Shown: in pieces, positions 55,296 through 64,000 of the stretch | Layout: the number at the start of each line of letters is the position of its first letter | How positions within the stretch are numbered: position 1 is the stretch's first letter | Assembly (NCBI RefSeq): GCF_009914755.1 | Contig: NC_060932.1 | DNA from: the human T2T-CHM13v2.0 reference genome, Homo sapiens | Reading direction: 5' to 3' (one strand) | DNA: 64,000 nucleotides | The notes under the pieces: generated by a model | What the model was told of the DNA's origin: nothing | Databases searched by the model: none | Seen by the model: only the letters and a program-made list of their open reading frames with translations | Translations under genes and position numbers: made by a program

Positions 55296-55943
55296 ACCTC
55301 AAACTCTTTATCTGCAAAACAACATTTTCAATGCAAGGAATGTTAACTCCCCTGTCCTTCTAAAACTCTAAGCTTTAATGACAGTTTAGTGGTTCATTTT
55401 GATCTTACATATGCCCAGTAAATAAAGGCATGAATTTAGTTCTGAATCACAAATATGTTATTTTTCACAACTAAACATGTAAAAGTCAATGATTCTTTTT
55501 TTAATTTAGTGTATGCGTTGAATTTTATGCTTAAGATCTCTCACATCACAGTTTCCAGGATAAGAAAAATAAAGAGCCATACACATTTTTTTCTGTAAAT
55601 TTTGCTAAAAAAAATACAGTAAACAAGGGTTATTTATTAGTAGGTGATTAGGTATTGATAATTAAATTGCCATTACATTTCAGCGGGAAGTCAGAGTAGA
55701 GAAGGAATATGTGCAATTAAAATGGGGTTTCTATTAATACATTTTGATAACTCACTTTCTATGGCTTAACAATTTGTAATTATTTATAACAATACCAGAT
55801 TGTCTACCAATGGGGAAAACATGTTAGTTTAGGTAGACCATATAGAGGAAGATGCAAGCATTTCTAGCATTGTCTTCCTACAGTCTAATGGGGCCTCCTT
55901 CTCTGTTACTTGAAGTAGAGTGGATAAAGCTCTTCTCTGTTTC

Positions 55944-55967
55944 CACCTGTTGATTGACAGAAGATAA
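55944..55967. promoter_or_regulatory. E-box / PBX-MEIS(PREP) / GATA motif cluster
   Basis: CACCTG 55944-55949, TGATTGACAG 55951-55960 and AGATAA 55962-55967, in unique sequence. Confidence 0.45.
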
Positions 55968-57759
55968 AAGACTCCAGTTGTGATGAAAAATTACCGGGGA
56001 AATTGCAGTCTCTACACAAATGCAATGCCTTTTATGTTTGCAGCCCATGAATGGATGTACTGCTGCTTTTATGTAAAAGACATCAATTACCAAAAGCTCC
56101 TCTAGTTAAACTAAATTTGACTTTGAGAATTAACTGCATTTGTTCTTTCAATAGATGCTTGGGGAATAAAGTTGTAATGACCTTTCTGGGGGTGTAAAAA
56201 AAATCAGATGCCAGAAGATTGAAATTGAACAAAGATGACATTCGGCCTGAAATAATTGGGCCATGCATCAGCAAACAAAAAACAAAAAGCAAAATCAGTG
56301 GCTTGAGTTATTTAAAAAAAAAATATGGATCGTGCACTCATTCACTTGTTTATACATTTGTTTTCTTAGCCAGTCCTTGGAAAAGGGTAAGAAATAAAAT
56401 CTGATGAAAAGGTGTTGAAAACTTAAAAACAGCCTTGTTACTAAAAGTAGCATTTTGATTGTGAAATGCACTTCATATATACATATCTCAGTTTCTTTAT
56501 CTGACAAATGGTGATACAAAAATGTATTAATGAGAAAATTCTAATTTTTATGGAGAACTCCAGGCCTCTTTCATCTTATTTGGGAGAGGAGAAAAAAAAT
56601 CATAGTTAAGATTCAAGGAAAAGGACAAAAACTTATGCATAGCATACTTTGGGTTGGAGCTTCTTGATCTAGTAAAGATAGAAATGAATAATTCCTTTTT
56701 TATTAATAGTGAGATTAATGGAATAAGAGAAGCCTAAGGCTGGCCTTCCCTTTGGAAAGGAGCACTCCCAGACATCTAAGAAATGTCCAGATGGGAGCCA
56801 TAATATGGCTAAAATGAAGTAAGACTCGTGATTTTAGGAGATAAAGATGCCTGTCACAATTTATTTTTATTTTTTTTGTGGACTCTTCTTGCTATTAGAG
56901 TTCCCTTTTTAGTGTATAATTTAAAGATATATATGAGAAAAATATCAGTTAATCATTGTAATATAAATCACAATTTGGGGCTGCTGTTATGTAAAATATA
57001 TCATTTAGAAAGAGCCCTTGATAATTCCTTCTCCAGCTAAACAAAGTCTACCTTTGCAGATTTAACCACATTTGCTCTTTTTAGGGCTTCTTATTGAGCA
57101 AAGTTTTAGTTAGCCTTCATGTGATGGAGGCAAAATCAGATGTTAAGAAATTGAAATTATATAAGCATACTCTTCATTGTAAATAGTTAGCATGACTGTG
57201 CATCAACATAGATATTGTTGGAATTGTTGGTTCTCTACCAAAAATTGCCTAAATCATACACACATCTGAGTGTGGTCCAACTTAACACAGAAGTAGACCA
57301 GTAAGAGTAGAAGTGAAGTGTGGTTTATGAAACCCTGAAGTTCCCCAACCTTCATTCAGGAGACCCATTATGTGAAAACTCTTTCAAAACAATATTAAGA
57401 TGTTAATTATCCTTAACTGTTTTGACATCTGCACTAATGATTACACAAAAGCAATGATGATAAAATGGTCGGTGCTTTCGTATGAATCAAGACAGTGGCA
57501 CTAACATTACTGGAAGGCATTATATTTGCTGAAGTAGTAACAGTAAAAGCATTAATTAATTTAAATCTTAACTCATGGACATACAGCTTTTCAATATTCT
57601 GTGTGACAGAATAGGAAGGGTGCATAAAGCACTTCTGGAATCTGATGAGTGTTACCAGAAAAAGCACTTGTGAGGTTGTTTGTCTTGAAACTGCATCAGC
57701 TAGTTTTTTTGTTTTGTTTTGTTTTATTTTTATATAAAATACAATTTTTACTTAAAATA

Positions 57760-58937
<1,178 letters not shown>

Positions 58938-58944
58938 ATCTCTA

Positions 58945-59560
58945 CCAGTGTATTCCACCTCTGTAATGTGAATCAAGGAGGATGCTTCCAGAGGTGGATC
59001 CCTGGATCCCATCCCTTTCAGATACTGATTTAATTGGTCCAGAGAAGAGCCCAGGCATCAGTGCACTATAACAACTCCCCAGGTGATTTTCATTTTGCAG
59101 TGGTGTCATACCAGTCTAGTGGGAAATACAGTTACTTGAACTTTAAAATGCAGATTCTGTTTTACTAAATCTGGAGTAATGCCTGGAAATCCACCTTTCT
59201 TTTTTTTTTTTTTTTATTATACTTTAAGTTTAGGGTACATGTGCACAACGTGCTGGTTTGTTACATAAATATGCATGTACCATGTTGGTGTGCTGCACCC
59301 ACACTCGTCATTTAGCATTAGGTATATCTCCTAATGCTATCCCTCCCCCATCCCCCCGCCCCACAACAGGTCCCGGTGTGTGATGTTCCCCTTCCTGTGT
59401 CCATGTGTTCTCATTGTTCAATCCCCACCTATGAGTGAGAACATGCGGTGTTTGGTTTTTTGTCCTTGGGATAGTTTGCTGAGAATGATGGTGGAAATCC
59501 ACCTTTCTAATGAGTTTTCTGATGACACCTACGTTGTTGGTCTGCAGACCACATTCTACC
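58945..59560. mobile_element. MER5-type hAT MITEs (two adjacent; the second is split by an L1)
   Basis: 'cagatactgatttaattggtc...cccaggcatcagt...ctccccaggtgatt' and 'aaaatgcagattc...gcctggaaatc...ctaatgagtt...gaccacattc'. Confidence 0.6.
59201..59491 (-). mobile_element. L1PA (PA3-5-like) short 3' fragment
   Basis: Poly(T) plus 3'UTR; perfect 17-bp TSD TGGAAATCCACCTTTCT at 59184-59200 and 59492-59508, followed by AA. Confidence 0.95.
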
Positions 59561-60579
59561 TCTGTCTATGCAGTCCACAGTTAATCCCGCTGTCTCATAT
59601 GGTGCAGCTTAGATCCCCAGCAATTACCTGGACTAGACTCCAACGTTGAGTTGTAGCCCTCACTTCATTAGCCTGGGAATCTTCTCTGAAGAATTCACTC
59701 TGCTGAATTCTGGCTGCTTAATATTTGGTCTTTCAGAAGTCCAGCGACTTCTTTATCCATTTTCTACTTCACTCACAGTGACGTTGTAATATATGAAATC
59801 ACAGATATAAAAGTGCTTGGAAAGTTATAAATTTCCACATAGATGTAAAATGTTTATTTTATTACCATAATTAGCATTGACACTCAAATAGTCATAAAGA
59901 TCATTAACCCCCACCACGTTCCTGACATAGGATCGTTGGGGTGTGGAACTACAGACACAAATGTGTTGCCTGGAGATTATATTTCAGTGAGGATAATAAA
60001 ATGGCAAATCACAGATAGGAGTGATTTTATTCATTCACTCAACCATTAAATAAATATGTATTAATTGCCAGTTATATTCCAGGCTATGTGATAGGTATTC
60101 AGGACAGAGGCAAGACAAAATGAAAATATTACTTACAAAATATTTTAAAAACTCAAAGCATTATAATAAAATAAATACATGCAAATATTCATAGTTCTAC
60201 TGTATAGTTTACTCATTTATATTTTGAGAATTTGTTTTCAGGTTCTTTATCGCATTTTAAAAACAATTTAGAATTATATAGTGATTGCTATTTCTGACCT
60301 TCAGTTATCCATTTGACATTAGTATTTTTACAGGTCATTTTTCTGTGAAATTTTTTAATATAACAGAGTAAAATCTTACATGAAGTATTATAGTGAAATA
60401 AAAATATAACCTATAAGCAGATATCAAAATCAGTTTGGAAAATGCTTGATATATGTTTAATACTATTTACCATTTAAAACTGAACATAACGCCAACTATT
60501 TCCACCAAAAATTCTAAATATTCCAAGGAAAGTATAAGAATGAGATAGATACATACTAGATATAAGAAATAAATATATA

Positions 60580-60862
60580 GGTCTGGGCGGTGGCTCACTC
60601 CTGTAATCCCGGCACTTTGGGAGGCCGAGGCGGGCAGATCATGGGGTCAGGAGTTTGAGACCATGCTGACCAACATGGTGAAAGCCCGTCTCTATCAAAA
60701 ATACAAAAATTAGCCAGGCACAGTGGCGCGTGCCTGTAGTCCCAGCTACTCAGGAGGCTGAGGCAGGGGAATTGCTTGAACCTGGGAGGCAGGTTGCAGT
60801 TAGCCGAGATTGCATCACTGCACTCCAGCCTGGGCGACAGAGCAAGACTCCATCTCAAAAAT
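60580..60862 (+). mobile_element. AluS (Sg-like)
   Basis: Full dimer followed by AT-rich low complexity to ~61000. Confidence 0.93.
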
Positions 60863-61737
60863 AAGTTAATATATAAATATAAATAAATTATATATAAATA
60901 TATAAGAATCAATATTTATTTATATAAATGTATTTACATATACATTTATTGCATATAAATTAATTTATTATATACAAATAGGTATATAATGAAAATTAAA
61001 AATAAGCAACTATACTAATTACTATTGGCTGATGATGTATTCCTTTGATGTAAAGTTTGGATTTTACATTTTTTTAAGATAATGCTTATTATATAAAATA
61101 TACAAACAATTTTTCTAAGTTTCTGTATTATTTAGTTGTCGCAGAGCAACAAATTGACCCCTGTCATTGTCTTTGATGATCTTGAAGGTTTCTACACTTG
61201 CCATCTTAGAGGTGCCCCTCTTTCACTAAAGTGGGAATAGGAAATGTAAAATGGAATAATTGATCACATTTAATTTAAAAATCTTAACTGCCTAATCTAT
61301 TTAAGCCAACTAACAGCCTTGTGAATTAAGTATTTCTATTGTGCAAGTAAATCCTTGTCATTATTTATATTTTAATTAAAATAAAATTTTAGGGATAGTA
61401 ATAGAAAAAATATTAAAAGGAAAGATCGTTATCTGCTTTTTATTATTTAATAACAGCAGATAATGTTCTACCACAAAATATTTGGAGGAGTTATCTTGCT
61501 TTTATATTTGAGGTTGTTGGTGTTATATATATTTTTTCTGTTAAAGGGTCTATAACTTTTAGCACATCATTTGTGAGCATCTCCTGTGACTAAGATACTA
61601 CTAGACACTTGTAAAACAGTGGAAGGAACAATGATAATGACATTAACTAGGTATGACTTTTGCCCTCAAACATGAGTTAGGGAAAGAGAAAAGTAATGAA
61701 ATCAATATAAGGTGATAGCTACTGAATTTATCACCAC

Positions 61738-62340
61738 TCAGTTAGTTGCAGAGAAATAATCTGCTTTATTTTAAGCATGAAGTGACTTATTTCAGAATAT
61801 TAAAAGAATTACAAAGTCATTTTAAGACTAAAGAATAAAGAAACCCAAACTAAACTCTTGGTTTAGTCTTCAGAAATAAGTTTCTCAAAGCATTCCTGAG
61901 AAAAGTGCTACCAGGAAAGTCCTGTGAGCTGAGGATCTGCCAAAGCTGTCACTGTAACTGCTCGTTCCAGATTCATGCCGCTAAGCTACACTCTGGGTTC
62001 TGGTGATAATGCTTACAGGACTAGAACTATGCTGCACCTGCTATGCTTGCTCTAGCAAAATGGAAGCCTCATACCCTGCATCCCTACGCCATTAAGCTAG
62101 TGACCAAACACCGACAGGAGCCAATGCTGCCTCAGGAAAGTGGAAATCCTCCAAGAAGGATGTTGCTGGGAGAAAGAGCAGAAACCCAGACCCTTCTCCT
62201 TCCTGCCTTCCAAATCACCTTTGTGTATAACTGATCGGGATACCACAGTCACCTATCTGGGACATCCAGTGTTTGGACTACAGAAGGCACACTAGTGGGA
62301 AGAGGCAGAAATGGCTATTGATAGTCCATCAACTGTGTAT
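61738..62340 (-). mobile_element. ancient LTR-like element (MaLR/ERVL), family uncertain
   Basis: Start 'cagttagttgcagagaaa...ttttaagcatgaagtgacttatt' resembles antisense old-MLT ends; GC content is higher than the flanks. Confidence 0.3.
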
Positions 62341-63410
62341 TATATTCTGTGATATTAATAATAATAAGAAGAATATTGCAATTATTAAGAAAGTTTGAGG
62401 CGAAATGGAACAAGTAGGATATTTCTTCTAAAAATGTGACCTCAAGGAGAAAGATAAAGTTGTCCTTAAAAGAAAGGCATAGAGAAAATTTTATAGTTAA
62501 AAAATATAATATGAGAATAATCTGAACAGGGTGAGGAGAAGAGGTGGAGGAGGGGACAAGAGATGGTACCTTGCCAACAAACATGCTTAGCAATTTTGGT
62601 TACTGCAGCATAAATGGCTGTAAGCTTTGTGTATGCACTCACCCTCAAAGGCAGTATCTACTTTGCTACATGGGCTTTGTGATGCCTTTCATACTCTAAT
62701 CATTCATTACCTTTTGAACGAGTGTGATGCCTTCAATTTGAAAAAGCTATACCACTGGTCCCTAGAGTTACTTCCTTAAAGAAATGGTTTGTTTTGTTTT
62801 TTCCTTAAGAGGAGGAAATCCTATTGGCATCTGAGATTTGTAAATATAAACACATAAAAGATATTTAGCTAGTACTTTTCTTATATTTTATTAAAGAAAA
62901 TATCAAGCCTGCATATATGGATTTTGTTCTAGTATATTACAGATTTTTGTCCTAGAAAACCATATACTTCCATATCAATGGGTATCAATCAATATTCATA
63001 TGATTCTAGAAAAATTCCTTAAGGGTTCTTATCATGGATCAATTTAAAAGTCATTGCATGCCTAAGCTTTAATATTCTCTAAAGAGAAAAATAAATTGTT
63101 TTACTTTCCAGTGATCTCTATAGGAAATTATTTATATTAGTTTACAGAAAAAAATATGTAAAACTGTAACCATCTTCCAACATGTTCTCCAGTATAATTT
63201 TGTTTGCTTTTCCTCTTTTTCCTTTAAAAATCATTACTTTACCTTTGAGTACAGTATTTTGAATAATCACATTCCATTTTGAAAAAAAAAACCCATAGTG
63301 ATCAAATGCCAAAGATCCTGTGATTGAAAAAAAATCAAAATAAGAGTAGCCATTAAAAATTTACCTGCAATTCATAAAGTTCACAATCTGTCATTTTATC
63401 AAAGGCTTTC

Positions 63411-64000
63411 TGTTGTGGGAAGTCAGGGACCCTGAATGGAGAGACTGGCTGAAGCCACAGCAGAAGAACATAAATTGTGAAGATTTAATGGACATTTATC
63501 AGTTTCCAAAATTAATACTTTTATAATTTCTTAAGTCTGTCTTTACTGCAATCTCTGAACATAAATTCTGAAGATTTCATGGACACTTATCACTTCCCCA
63601 ATCAATACTCTTATAATTTCTTATGCCTGTCTTTACTTTAATCTCTTAATCCAGTCATCTTTGTAAACTGAGGATGTATGTCACCTCAAGACCCTGTGAT
63701 GATTGCATTAACTGTACAAATTGTTTGTAAAACTTGTGTTTGAACCATATGAAATCAGTGCACCCTGAAAAAGGACAGAATATCAGCGATTTTCAGGGAA
63801 TAGGGAGATAAGCCTGAGGGGTCGGGCAGAATAGAGCCATATTTTTCTTCTTACAGAAAGCCTAGAGATAGATGTGGGAGTAGGAGAAATATCACTGAAT
63901 TCTTTTCCTATCAAGGAATATTAATAATTGATAGCCCTGGGGAAAGGATGCATTCTTGGGGGAAGGTCTATGAACGGCCGCTCTGGGAGTGTCTGTCTTA
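63411..64000 (+). mobile_element. MER11 LTR (HERV-K11), runs off the window end
   Basis: TGTTGTGGGAAGTCAGGGACCCTGAATGGAG start and the repeated unit GAACATAAATT.TGAAGATTT.ATGGACA. Confidence 0.92.

Noticed and set aside
63466-63640. ~90-bp-period repeat with spacers
   Set aside because: Intrinsic U3 repeat structure of MER11 LTRs.

Overview
This is AT-rich, CpG-depleted human non-coding DNA. A near-consensus AluYb8 (a human-specific subfamily) at 36693-36994 fixes the species. I found no protein-coding exon, CpG island, tRNA/rRNA or CRISPR array. The long ORFs in the track sit in Alu, L1, LTR or microsatellite sequence. Much of the window is transposon-derived: about 17 Alu/FRAM copies, several L1s, MIR/L2, DNA transposons (MER82, MER3, MER5, Charlie1) and many LTR elements, concentrated at 37-49 kb. 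Points worth follow-up: (1) a frameshifted ERV-L pol fossil at ~17.2-18.2 kb that the ORF track misses; (2) a twin-primed, 5'-inverted L1PA2; (3) a short solo LTR7 (HERV-H) inside a (GATA)n microsatellite; (4) back-to-back THE1 LTRs that each keep a DUX4-type motif; (5) a three-level L1>THE1B>LTR1 nest with a duplicated E-box; (6) two overlapping inverted repeats around (AT)n tracts; (7) a PBX-MEIS/E-box/GATA motif cluster; (8) several minus-strand exon candidates suggesting a spliced lncRNA. I see no convincing new biological system. Repeat subfamily names are from recalled consensus sequences and need RepeatMasker/Dfam confirmation. Boundaries of old repeats are approximate.
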